A DNA stretch of 64,000 nt from Alphaproteobacteria bacterium (GCA_965214705.1 CBDCCI010000002.1:96001-160000), one strand, 5' to 3'. Counted from the first letter of the stretch, positions 13,299-23,907 are shown. The notes: generated from the letters alone by a model not told the origin. Translations and numbers: made by a program.

Positions 13299-13745
13299 TC
13301 ACCCCTCTCGTGCCGGGTGGCGCACCGTGCGCAGGCCCGGATGAACGAACACCGCGCAGAAGCGGCCGCAGATGCTGCAGCGGAAGCCCCCGGCGGGCTC
13401 CTCGTCCCCGAAGGGGCGTGTTCCGCGGCGCGTCCCTGGCGTCCGTGGCACGACAACACGGCGGTGCGCGCGCGTCGAAGGGTGATGCGTCACTTTCCGC
13501 CCGCAGCCCTCATCCTGAAGCGCCCTGCAGCGCTGCCGGTCCCGATAGCGTCTCTGGCGCTCCGCGTGCTTGCGGCGCCCCGGGCGCCCGTCCTGGTAGC
13601 GCCGCCCGGCGAGACGCTGCGACTCTCGGCGCGCGCTCTCGCTGCACTCCCTGGAGCAGTAGTGATTGCCGCGGTCGCAGCGGGGGCAGAGAACAACCTG
13701 CCGATGACACTGCGGGCAGTTGAAGATGCGGCCGAAGTTCCTCAT
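13299..13745 (-). CDS. Cys-rich, basic putative zinc-finger protein upstream of istA
   Basis: CPQC..CPRC..YCSREC and C-terminal CSICGRFC; abuts istA. Confidence 0.65.
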   Translation of the reverse strand: MRNFGRIFNCPQCHRQVVLCPRCDRGNHYCSRECSESARRESQRLAGRRYQDGRPGRRKHAERQRRYRDRQRCRALQDEGCGRKVTHHPSTRAHRRVVVPRTPGTRRGTRPFGDEEPAGGFRCSICGRFCAVFVHPGLRTVRHPAREG

Positions 13746-14175
13746 CGCGGCGGTCGATGAGAACGGGCTCGACCCCCGCAGAATCCAGCACAATACTGTG
13801 CATCTGGGCCGTGTCTGGCATGGCTCGGGGGTGCGGCGTCGGCTGTTGCGATCAGGCAAACGGGGCCGGCGCCGCATCGTTCTCAGCGGCCCGAGTCTAC
13901 CCCCGGCGATCTCGATGTCAGGTGCGCAACGCTGCCGACGGCAAGCCCGCCGGACCTCAAAATCGGCAGGTCGCCTGGCCCAGCTTCCACACGACCGGCC
14001 GAAGGCCTGTGGACAAGTGGACAGCCGCTCCGCGCCTGACCACTTCCCCACAGGCCCAACAGCAACAAGCGCTCAAATCAGTGCGGACAAAAAACCCGTC
14101 AACTACATCGCCACCAAAATCACGCGCCCTAAATGAGCGAATACGCGCGGGTCTAGACGGTCACCAACATATGTC

Positions 14176-14330
14176 TGCGAGCTCCTCTTCCGTCGCGAGG
14201 ATCGCCCGGTCGCGTAAACGGAATCTTCCGGGTCTTACGCCTCCTCCGCTGGTGCGTTCCGAGTCAGACCTGACATGGCGAGCGCCGCCGAGAGGGCCAC
14301 GACCAGTCCCGGTGCTGTCATTCTCCACAT
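14176..14330 (-). pseudogene. Signal peptide/N-terminus of the disrupted C1 peptidase
   Basis: MWRMTAPGLVVALSAALAMSGLT..AEEA*DPEDSVYATG/AILATEEELADI with one stop and one frameshift. Confidence 0.6.
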
Positions 14331-16241
14331 CGCCACCCTGCCTCCCGGCGTGTGGCTCCGCCCGCCGGCCGCTTGACGCTGCAACGCGAGCAGTTGCCCG
14401 ATGGCTGGCTTGCTTTCGAGGCCGTCCATCAGCCGCACGACTTGTTCGGCACTACGCCGCGAGAAGCCGTCGTCCACGGCGACCAGTCAAGTGTGGAACG
14501 AATATATATTCAATTGTAATATAAATAAATTATAGTTATGATACAGAAGTTGGGATCGCCAACGTGTCGCGGTGCGGGCGAATCGACCCCTTGACGCTCA
14601 ATTTTGGAGGCGATGCCGGGCAGGCTCGGCCATGAAGCCGCCGCAGCACAGAGGGAGGCGGCAGATGTCACTCAGAAGCCTCGTGTTGTTGGCGGGCGCG
14701 GCAGTGCTCGGGCTGCACATGCTCGCGGCGCAGGCCTCGGCTAGTCAGCGCGTGGCGCTGGTGATCGACAATGCGTCCTATGCCCACGCGCTGAGCCTGG
14801 CGAACCCACTCAACGACGCGAACGACATGGATGCAGCCCTGGAGAGCCTCGGCTTCGCCGTCACGCGCATGGATAACACTGACCAGATGGAACTGCGCCG
14901 AGGCTTGCAGCAGTTCTCGCTCGCGGCGTCGGCGTCAGAGATGGCGGTGGTGTTCTACGCCGGCCACGGCATCGAGGTGGACAAGCGAAACTTTTTGATT
15001 CCCGTGGACGCGGGTCTGCTCAGCGATGCCGACGTGGAGTTCGAGGCTGTGCCACTCGATCTGCTCTCGCGGGCGGTGGAGCTGGCCAAGGGGCTTCGCT
15101 TGATCGTCCTCGATGCGTGCCGCGACAACCCCTTCGTGGTGGCGATGCAGCGTTCGGGCGCGACGCGCTTGATCGGCCGAGGTCTTGCGAGCGTCGAGCC
15201 CTCCGGTGAGACGCTGGTGGCCTATGCGGCGAAGGAGGAGACGGTCGCGGCCGACGGCGAAGGCCGCAGCCCCTACACCTCCGCTTTGCTCGCCCACTTA
15301 GAGGAGCCGGGGCTCGAGGTGGGCCTGATGTTCCGCAAGGTGCGGGACGTCGTGCTGGCGGCGACCGGCGGGCGTCAGGAGCCCTTCGTCTACGGCTCGC
15401 TCTCGAGTGAGGGGGCGTATCTCGCCGCGCTGCCGGATCCCGAGCCTGAACCGACACCAGCGCCCGAGACGGTGACGGTGACGGTGAAGGGCGGAGAGGA
15501 TACGAAGACCCCGGACCCGGATCAGGTCGTGGAGCGGCGCATCGCGGCGGAGAAGGAACTGCTGTTCTGGGAATCGAAAAAGGACAGCCAGAACCCGCAA
15601 GAGCTTCAGGCCTATCTCGACCGCTACCCGGAGAGTACGTACGCCGTCCTGGCGCGCAGTCGACTGAACAAATTAGACGAGCCGGAGGTGACACCGGACG
15701 TTCAAGTGGTAGCGGTCACCCCCGACGAGCCGGAACGCGCGGTATCGCCCGAGCCCCCGGCGCTCTCGCCAAAGGAGGTAGAGGCGTCGTTTGGCCTGGA
15801 GCGTTCGGAGCGGCGACAGATCCAGATGGGCTTGGCCTCGCTCGGCTTCGATCCCGGCCCACCGGATGGCCTGTTCGGCCGGCGCACACGCAACGCGTTG
15901 TCTAGCTGGCAGTCCTCTCACAATTTGGCGACAACGGGCTATCTGGGGGCCGAAACGGCCAAGGTGCTGATGGAGGCGGCGCCCACGACCAGCCTGACCG
16001 TTCGGACGGTCCCGCCGAATGCCAAGGTTCGTGTGTTTACGCGGTCGGGCTCCACATACCAAGATGCGATGGCCATTCAACCCGGAAAATACGAAATCGA
16101 GGTGAACGCGCAAGGTTACGATTCTTTTCGGAGGCTGCTGCCGATTGACGGCATCACGATCTACGAGGTTTCACTATGTGAACTAGAGAAAAAGTTTGAA
16201 CGAATTTGCAAAGACAGACCCACAACCCGGACAAAATCTAT

Positions 16242-17267
16242 CCTGCTTATCCCTGATTCTCATCCTGCGACGAGGATGCGATAAGGCATCGGGTTGGTTC
16301 GTGCGGCGCTGTGGACGAAGCGCGGGATCATGGTCTTGAGGTGGTAGCGCCGGTTGTAGCGCCAGGCGAAGCTGGCGAGGTAGCGCTCGGCATGGTCGGG
16401 GCCGAGCTTGCGGTAGGTTCCGGTGACCGCGCTCTTGATGTTGCCGAGCGTCGTGTTGACCCATTTGAACGAGGCCACGCGGGCCGCCTTGGGGCCTGCG
16501 CCGGTGCGGATCGCCCGATGGCTGCAAGCACCCTCGTCGAGCGCGCTCCAGCAGCCGAGGCCGTCCGTCACGACCTCCGATCCGGGAGCCAGCCAGCGCG
16601 GGGCGCCGCGCGCGATCTCTCGCTTGCGGAAGCCTTTGACCGGGACCAGCTTCAGCTTGCGCGGGCGCCCCTCGGGGCCGGTCGAGACTGCGGCGACGAA
16701 GGGCGTCTTGCCGGCCGCACCCCGGCCCCGCTTGCCGCCGGAACGCCTGCCGCCGAGATAGGCGTCGTCCATCTCCACCCGGCCCGAGAGCCGCGTCTCC
16801 CCCTCGCGCCGCGCCATCACTGCCATGATCTTGTGCTTCATGGCCCAGGCCGTCGGCTGCTTGACCCCGAGCCGGCGGCCGAGTTCCACCGACGAGACGC
16901 CGTTCTTCGCCGTCACGATCAGGTGGATGGCCGCGAACCACAGTGTCAGCGGCAGCTTGGTCGAATGGAAGATGGTGCCCGCCGTGGGCGAGGTCTGCCT
17001 CTTGCAGCGGTTGCACTGGTAGAGCCCCCGGCCCGCCAGCAGGCAATGCCCGCGATGGCCGCAGGAGGGACAGACGAAGCCGTCGGGCCAGCGCAGCCGG
17101 ACCAGCGCCGCGAGGCACTGCTCCTCTCTGCCGAAGGCCTTGCGAAAGGCCTCGTCGCTCATCCCGCGCACCCGCGATGCCACTTTGAACGCCATATCCG
17201 TGACCTCCGCATCAGGAACATATTGAGAACATACACGCTGTCCGGCGGAGTGTCACGGATAAGCAGG
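16242..17267 (-). mobile_element. IS1595-family element with 8-bp TSD AAATCTAT
   Basis: Ends CCTGCTTATCC...GGATAAGCAGG; AAATCTAT at 16234-16241 and 17268-17275. Confidence 0.93.
16260..17195 (-). CDS. IS1595-family transposase
   Basis: RWPDGFVCPSCG Zn ribbon, GTIFHSTKLPL, VEMDDAYLGG, VVTDG, YLASFAWRYNRR. Confidence 0.93.
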   Translation of the reverse strand: MAFKVASRVRGMSDEAFRKAFGREEQCLAALVRLRWPDGFVCPSCGHRGHCLLAGRGLYQCNRCKRQTSPTAGTIFHSTKLPLTLWFAAIHLIVTAKNGVSSVELGRRLGVKQPTAWAMKHKIMAVMARREGETRLSGRVEMDDAYLGGRRSGGKRGRGAAGKTPFVAAVSTGPEGRPRKLKLVPVKGFRKREIARGAPRWLAPGSEVVTDGLGCWSALDEGACSHRAIRTGAGPKAARVASFKWVNTTLGNIKSAVTGTYRKLGPDHAERYLASFAWRYNRRYHLKTMIPRFVHSAARTNPMPYRILVAG

Positions 17268-17774
17268 AAATCTATTGATAAAACAGTCTCTGGTCGGGGC
17301 GAAGATCGGTATTCTGATTTGTTAGACTACTTTAAAAAATTATAATTTTAAAGATAGTGTTACGAAACGATCTAAGGGATGGATTGTTCAGCAGTTATGA
17401 ACAGGATTTATGGGATGAACTTTGCGAAAGTTCTCACTTCGATTCCGATTTTATCGGTTCTCTTAACTGTAATAATTATTATATCCGAACTTTTGATCCG
17501 CGAAATTTAACCTCATATATATGAGAACTCAAACTTATGCAGAGAAAGTGTCAATCACTGGACTTTAATGGGCTTGGATCTCCCTATTCGAACAAACCTT
17601 TTGTTGCCGTTGTATCTGGAACATGTAGAGTGAAAGAGAATATCACTGAAATGGTGAAGGGATGCAATAGCGAGACTCGAACGGTACCTTCCTGCCCCAA
17701 AGAGACTGTGAAGAGACTCTAGTAATATACCAATCGGCCGCCGAGTTGTCGCCGAGCATTAGAGGACGTAAGAA

Positions 17775-19499
17775 ATGTCAATTCCTAGATTTACGCTCAT
17801 CATGGCAGCAGGACTTATATTGCTGACTGTGTCGGTGGTACCGGCGGTTGCTGCCGGTCATCGTGTGGCGCTGGTGATCGGCAATGCGTCCTATGCGTAT
17901 GCGTCGACACTGGCGAACCCGGTGAACGATGCGAGTGATGTCGGCGCAGCGCTGGAGCGCCTCGGCTTCGACGTCACCCGCATCGAGAATACCGACGGCG
18001 GCGCGTTACGGCGGGGGCTGCACGAGTTCAAGCGGGCGTCGTCGGTGTCCGATGTGGCGGTGGTGTTCTACGCCGGCCAGGGCATTGAGGTGGACAAGCG
18101 CAACTTCCTGATCCCCGTCGATGCGCGCCTTCTGAGCGATGCTGACGTGGAGTTCGAGGCGGTGCCGCTCGACCTGCTCTCCCGCGCCGTGGAGCGGGCC
18201 AAGGGGCTTCGCCTGATCGTCCTGGATGCCTGCCGCGACAACCCGTTCGCGGTGGCGATGCAGCGTTCGGGCGCGACGCGCTCGATCGGGCGAGGCTTGG
18301 CGAGCGTCGAGCCGTCGGGCGAGACATTGGTAGCCTACGCGGTGAAGGAGGGCACGGTTGCGGCGGACGGCGAGGGCCGCAACAGCCCTTACACCTGCGC
18401 TTTGCTCGCCCACCTGGAGGAGCTGGGTCTTGAGGTGGGCCTGATGTTCCGCAAGGTGCGGGACGCTGTATTGGCGTCCACCGGCGGGCGTCAGGAGCCC
18501 TTCGTCTACGGTTCGCTATCGAGCGAGGGGGCGTACCTCGCGACACGGCCGGAGCCTGAGCCTGAACCGATACCGGCGCCCGAGACGGTGACGGGTGGAG
18601 AGGACCCGAAGACGCCAGACCCAAACCAAGTCGTGGAACGGCGCATCGCGGCGGAGAAGGAACTGCTCTTCTGGGAGTCCGTCAAGGACAGCACCCATGC
18701 GTCCGACTTCGAGGCCTACCTGGAACAGTTCCCCGGCGGCACGTACGAGGCCCTCGCGCGGATCCGAATTGCGCGGCTCACCGACAATCCGCAAGACGAG
18801 AAACCTTCAGTCCAGGTGTCGGTCACTCCTGACGAGCCTGAGCAGGAAGTATCACCGGAGCCCTTGGCGCCTACGCCAGATTCCATCGAAGCCGAGCCGA
18901 GTCTGAGTCGAGAGAAACGTCGACGCGTTCAGCAGGGTCTCGCCATTCTAGGCTTCGATCCGGGCCCGGCCGATGGGCTGTTCGGCCAAGGCACGCGGGG
19001 CGCAATCTCTCGATGGCAGGCGTCACGGGGGGCGGCGGCAACGGGCTACCGTGACGCCGACGCTGCCAGGACGCTGCTGGCAGAGGGGGAGACGGTACTC
19101 AAGCCGTTCGGCCCCGACTGGATTATCGCGGAGCACCAGCCATGCCAGCTATGGGACTCCAGCGGCGTGTCAGTCGATGAAGTCGTGACGTGGTCCGGTG
19201 CCTGCCTCAATGGAAAGGCATCCGGTCAGGGACGCGCGGTTTGGCGGACGCCTGGTGGGGTATATGTGTCCGAAGGCAGTTTTCTCGAAGGTTAAGAGTA
19301 CGAGAACGGCGCCTACATTTGGCCCGACGGTAACCGCTACGAAGGCGCGTATCGCAACGGTAAGCTGCACGGCTGAGGGGTCTTCACGACAGCGTCTAGA
19401 AATCGCTATCAGGGAAATTGGAATAGCAAGTATTTTTCGGAGCCAGACGGCAGACGAGCATGGATCGCAACGACGAAAAAGGCCTGCGGTTTCGAATGA
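17775..19499 (+). pseudogene. Second caspase-like paralog with PG-binding domain and MORN repeats; two in-frame stops
   Basis: FYAGQG, LDACRDNP; frame continues past TAA 19293 and TGA 19374 as YIWPDGNRYEGAYRNGKLHG*GVF...KACGFE*. Confidence 0.85.
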
Positions 19500-19814
19500 T
19501 TCAGAACGGAAGTGACGAAGGTCGTCAGCAAGTTCAGTCGCGATCCCGCTGGGCCGCCATCCACGACACGAAGTGCTCAATTCTCGCCCGGAGTGCAGAT
19601 TACTCTAGTAATGATTCCCGGAAGACACTGGATCTCACGCCACCGGAACCACCGACTACGCGCCAGCCTTGTCGAAAACGTTTCCGATCCAATTTCGGCA
19701 CTTACCGTCCACTATCCCGTCTTAGCACAACGATCATCAATCCTCATCCATCGCCCTTAGACCGGTTGCGCCGACAAGCTACGCTTCAATTGTATTCAAG
19801 CTGCACCCCTGCTA

Positions 19815-20261
19815 TTGCGGGAAGCTGTATCCCTATGGAATACCGATCCTAACGCTAATGTACTTACCCGCCGTACGGAAGCAGAAATAAATGAGAGAGC
19901 AATGACGGAAATATGCAAAATTGAGACCGGGCATGCGGACAAGCGGTATTCCATCCTGATTTCAGTCAGAAAACAAGAAAATAACGTAGTATCAATCCAT
20001 GTGAATATTTGTGACAAAAAATTTACCGCATTTCGCGTTCCGATGACCGAAAGCAGCATTAGTGTTCCTCTGTCTATCCGATTGACCTCCTTTGAATCGT
20101 GCATATTAGGATGTGTAACTGGGGCCGTAATAGGAGATGTTTGTGAGTGTCGAAGAGGGTCAAAAAACGCAGATGATGTTATCGACTGCTTGGAACGCAA
20201 GGGGTACAAGTTAATGGATAGTGTAACGACGTGTCTTGATGGTTGTCTTGCGGCGACTTAG
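19815..20261 (+). CDS. Hypothetical Cys-rich protein in AT-rich DNA
   Basis: 148-aa open frame in low-GC patch; no family recognised; start uncertain. Confidence 0.45.
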   Translation: MREAVSLWNTDPNANVLTRRTEAEINERAMTEICKIETGHADKRYSILISVRKQENNVVSIHVNICDKKFTAFRVPMTESSISVPLSIRLTSFESCILGCVTGAVIGDVCECRRGSKNADDVIDCLERKGYKLMDSVTTCLDGCLAAT

Positions 20262-20365
20262 GCTGTTGATAGGCACATGCGTTTGGTGCCGATCGGCGCG
20301 GTAACCCTTTGATCTCGCCGGATTGCGAGGGGTCAGAAATGCGCGCTCTCTTGAGTAACAGCTGC

Positions 20366-20615
20366 CTAAGAGACTGTCGGCATTGGGTTTTGTTTTCCCT
20401 CTCCTTGCGTTTTCGGGATGAGTTGGAATCCTAGTTTTTGGGCTTGGCGGTCGAGATGAGCAAATCTCCTGTCGAGGCGTCGCTTCTCGTAGGCGTCGAT
20501 GCCCTGCTCGACGTATTCCTGGCCTTCGGTCGCCATGAGGTAGATCAGGCAGGCGAGTTCGCGGGCGGTCGCCTTGATCGCAACGGGGGTGTCCATTCGG
20601 GCGAGCCTTGCGCAG
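20366..20615 (-). pseudogene. IS110-family transposase C-terminal remnant
   Basis: ARLARMDTPVAIKATARELACLIYLM..GQEYVEQGIDAYE..LDRQAQKLGFQL. Confidence 0.75.
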
Positions 20616-20679
20616 GGCCTGCCCGAAGGGGTTGACTGCTTTCGGGGACTTGCCGGGGAGGTTCTTGTCGCCGCTGAGC

Positions 20680-20792
20680 CCGGCGGGTTCGGTCCGCCCC
20701 ACGGCTGGTCATTGCGCACAAGAGCGCACATGTAGCCCGTCTGGGTCTTGCCTCGGCCAGGGTCGAGAACGCGAACCGGGGTCTCGTCCAGC
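20680..20792 (-). pseudogene. IS66 TnpC internal fragment
   Basis: LDETPVRVLDPGRGKTQTGYM..RNDQPWGGPNPPG. Confidence 0.75.
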
Positions 20793-20794
20793 CG

Positions 20795-21145
20795 CGAGGT
20801 CTGGGACGAGGACGGCGCTATCGACCCACCGGGCGAGGCCATCCGCATCATTGTGAAGGGCGCCAACGTTGACGGAACCCCGCTCGCCGACGAGCGGGAA
20901 GCGCTGATGTGGAGCCCCGTCAACTGCTTCCATCCGCAGATGACCCGCCTCGACCGCGCTGTCGATCGCATCACCCCGGAGATGCGCGACCTGGAGAAGG
21001 CCCAGGACGACACCGAGGTGAAGGCGTGGGAGTTGGAGACCATGACGGACACGGCGCGGAACCTCGGCGACCGCGCGACGCCTTCGAGACCATGCACGAT
21101 ACTGCTGCCGAGGCCTACCGCGTGCATACCGGCGACGTCTGGCCC
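20795..21145 (+). pseudogene. Fragment resembling N-terminus of plasmid/ICE DUF2493 proteins
   Basis: LADEREALMW..NCFH..RLDRAVDR..EVKAWELE..ARNLGDR/RDAFE..AAEAYRVHTGDVW; frameshifted. Confidence 0.5.
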
Positions 21146-21756
21146 GGGACCATGACGCTAGGCGCCTGGCGGGGGAGGATCAGGCCCCGTCGAGTGTTGG
21201 GGGCCCGGCTTGCAACTCCTCGCGCCGGTTCCGTGGGGTTGGAAGCCCAAAGCCCAAAGGCGCGGGCAGCGTCTGCAGTTGCCCAGCCACCAGGCCGCGC
21301 AGCGCCATCAACGCGCTGTCGCTCTTCAGCCGCTCGCGCACCGCGCTCATGGTGGCCGCGCAGCCGGCGAGCCGCTCGGGGATCAGGCCGATGACGCGGG
21401 CAAGAGCATTGTGGACGAGACCACCCGCCGGCGCAGCCAACGCAGGGCGCCGGGAAGCTCGATGGCGTCATCGTCCGAGGGACAGCGCACCTCGTTCGCC
21501 GCATCCTCCTGGCTCTTCGCGCTCTCGGCCGCGACGACAACCGCCTCCAGATCGTCGAGCGTGCCCGGCAGCCGCGCCGCCAGGCAGTCGGCCAGAAGGC
21601 TGATCGTCGTATGGCTCTCGCGGCAATACCAGCGAGGAACCCTCGCGCCGGGCAGGGTCTTCCGCGCGTAGGTGCCGTGGCTTGCCACGGAACATCCGCC
21701 GTGCGGGTGATTCGGGCAGCGCTCAAGCCTTGCGTCGCGCCACGCCTCGGCCCTAA

Positions 21757-22958
21757 GGAAGGTCTGATCAAGTCGGGTGTGCCATGATTTTCGTAGGAGT
21801 CGCAGATTGGATGATCGGGCCATGGCACAGGCAAGCTTTGCGGAACTGGAGCACGACTTGAAGAAGCGCCGGACGCGGCGCGAGTTGTTCCTTGAGAAGA
21901 TGGACAAGCTGGTTCCCTGGGAGCGGCTGGAGCGACGGATCGAGCCGTTCTATCCGAAGGCGGGGCGCGGTCGGCGCCCTTACCCGCTTGGGGTGATGCT
22001 GCGGGTTCACTGCGTGCAGTTGTTCTACAACCTGAGCGACCCTGGGATGGAGGACCTGCTCTACGAGGTGGAGTCGGTGAGGCGTTTCGTGGGGCTGCGC
22101 CTGACGGAGGCGCTGCCCGACGAGACCACCATCCTGAACTTCCGGCATCTGCTGGAGAGGCACGATCTGGGCGCGGGTCTGTTCGAGGAGGTCAATGCGC
22201 ACCTGGCGTCGCGCGGCCATTGGCTGCGCACGGGGACGATCGTTGACGCGAGCATCATCGAGGCGCCGTCGTCGACGAAGAACCGGCGCCGCGCACGGGA
22301 CCCTGAGATGCGTCAGACGAGGAAGGGCAAGCAGTGGTATTTCGGGATGAAGGCGCACATCGGGGTGGACGCCGGGTCGGGTCTAGCACACAGCGTGGTG
22401 ACGACGGCGGCCAACGCAAGCGACGTGACGCAGGCGGGAGCGCTGCTGCATGGCGCCGAGGTGACGGCGTGGGGCGACGCAGGCTACCAGGGGGTGGAGA
22501 AGCGTCCTGAGCACCGGGATGGCAGTGTCGAGTGGCGTGTGGCGATGAAGCCGGGGCGGCGCCGGCTGCTGGCCGGGGGTGGCGCCGAAGCGGCGGCGGA
22601 GACGCGCAAGGCGTCGGTGCGGGCGAAGGTGGAGCATCCGTTCCTGTACGTGAAGCGGCACTTCGGCTACGCCAAGGTGCGCTACCGGGGCGTGGCGAAG
22701 AACAGGCAGCGCATCGCGTTGCTACTGGGGTTCTCGAACCTGCTGATCGCCGGCCGCTACGCGACGCAATGACAGGGGAGCAGGTTGCCCGCCGCCGGCG
22801 GGACGACGGGGAATGCGGCGGATCGACGCGGATATCGCCCGTTCGCTCCGTATCCCGCGACAAAAGCAGCCCCCGGCCTGCCGGCAATATCGTCGAGCTT
22901 CAAATCCAAGCCCCCTCTCCCCCTCGAAGCCGCCAAGATGGGGTTGTTCAGACTTTCC
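21757..22958 (+). mobile_element. IS5-family element with CTAA TSD
   Basis: Ends GGAAGGTCTGATCAA...TTGTTCAGACTTTCC; CTAA at 21753-21756 and 22959-22962. Confidence 0.95.
21822..22772 (+). CDS. IS5-family transposase
   Basis: TRRELFL, PDETTILNFRHLLE, GTIVDAS, WYFGMKAHIGVD, KASVRAKVEHPF. Confidence 0.96.
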   Translation: MAQASFAELEHDLKKRRTRRELFLEKMDKLVPWERLERRIEPFYPKAGRGRRPYPLGVMLRVHCVQLFYNLSDPGMEDLLYEVESVRRFVGLRLTEALPDETTILNFRHLLERHDLGAGLFEEVNAHLASRGHWLRTGTIVDASIIEAPSSTKNRRRARDPEMRQTRKGKQWYFGMKAHIGVDAGSGLAHSVVTTAANASDVTQAGALLHGAEVTAWGDAGYQGVEKRPEHRDGSVEWRVAMKPGRRRLLAGGGAEAAAETRKASVRAKVEHPFLYVKRHFGYAKVRYRGVAKNRQRIALLLGFSNLLIAGRYATQ

Positions 22959-23603
22959 CTAACGTATTTCTTGCCGGTAAGCCCCGTTTCGTAGCGAAGC
23001 TGCACCGGCCATGGCCCGCGCGGGTCCAGCGAGCCCGCGCGGGCCTCTTTCTTGTTCCTCATCAGACCGAGACTACGGTCCCGCACCGCCAACCGCCGAA
23101 GCCACGATGCTCGCCGATCTCCCGCATTCCCCCACCATCCGGGGAAATCCCTGAACCGATCAATGTGAGAAAAATCGCCGGCCCGCTATCCGCCTAAAGC
23201 GGGAAACAACAGCGAGGACGACCGGCACGTCATGGAGGCCGTAGTAGGGCGGCGCAAGCCCGCAATGCCTCCATGTCTGCATCGCCGAGTGAGCGGTTGA
23301 TCGCGTGAAACTCGTAGTACTGTTACTCGCTCACGTCTGGTCTTTCTGCTCCGGATCTACAGGGTCAGCGCGCCCACATCGAAGGGTTCGGCGGGCGCGT
23401 GTGTGGAACCGCGGGGATTCCGCAAGGCGGCGCGGTCATCAACAATCTCTTCCACATGGGAGAGACTCGGTTCGAGCGCAATAAGCCGAGGCTGCGGCGC
23501 GCGTCTAGTCCGTGGAGCCGGGGCCGCCATCCTTGTTCCAGAGCCGCATCGGCACGGACTTGTAAGCCAGATTGATGAGCAGTGCCGCCACAGTCGCCTC
23601 GAA

Positions 23604-23907
23604 CTAGTAGTCGTCATATGCCCGTCCCAACCGATCGCGTCGTTCTTCGTCGGCCGCTCTCCTCCTCAGCCTATTAAGCAAGAGAACGACAATCATGGCG
23701 ACGACCGAGAGCAGCTCGGACGCATCGTCGTCTCGCATGACCTCTATGGCATGGGTGTCCCGAAGGCTGATTAGCCGCTTGTTCGCTTGAGCCACCAGCG
23801 TCTCGTCCAGCGCAATCATGAATTTGACGTCCCACAGGTTGCCTCTCACCTGCGCACCGTGGAAGGGGCCGCCCTTCACGTCGTAGACGCGCCGCAGGGA
23901 AAACAAT
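23604..23907 (-). pseudogene. LURP-one/Tubby-C-like protein, C-terminal half
   Basis: FSLRRVYDVKGG..VRGNLWDVKF..LISLRDTHAIEV; joins in frame with 28300-28543. Confidence 0.7.

Larger units (their letters stand above)
9887..14169 (-). mobile_element. IS21-family transporter element with two passenger genes; 6-bp TSD TATGTC
   Basis: 39-bp IRs TGTTGG(C/T)GA...CGCGCGTATTCGCTCATTT; TATGTC at 9881-9886 and 14170-14175; removal rejoins EEELADI/PRTPLFRAY of the C1 peptidase. Confidence 0.92.
14665..17345 (+). pseudogene. Secreted caspase-like (peptidase C14) protein with PG-binding and PEGA-like domains, interrupted by IS1595
   Basis: Signal peptide, RVALVI, FYAGHG, LDACRDNP, LGFDPGPPDGLFGRRTR; frame TRTKSI/DKTVSG rejoins across IS. 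Confidence 0.85.
21180..23005 (-). pseudogene. Transposon-associated Cys/His-motif hypothetical protein, split by IS5 and frameshifted
   Basis: Removing IS5 gives VQLRYETGLTGKKYVRAEAWRDARLERCPNHPHGGC..HGTYARK..RWYCRESHTTISLLADCLAARLPG; TG-type terminus TGTTGTTTCC upstream at 23211. Confidence 0.65.

Noticed and set aside
9907-14149. Alternative IS21 ends with a CGCGCG TSD
   Set aside because: This 19-bp match is the inner part of longer IRs; TGTTGG..CCAACA ends with TATGTC restore the host frame.
19293-19376. Stop-codon reassignment or readthrough in MORN repeats
   Set aside because: Two different stops (TAA, TGA) are involved and both terminate normal genes in this window; decay is simpler.
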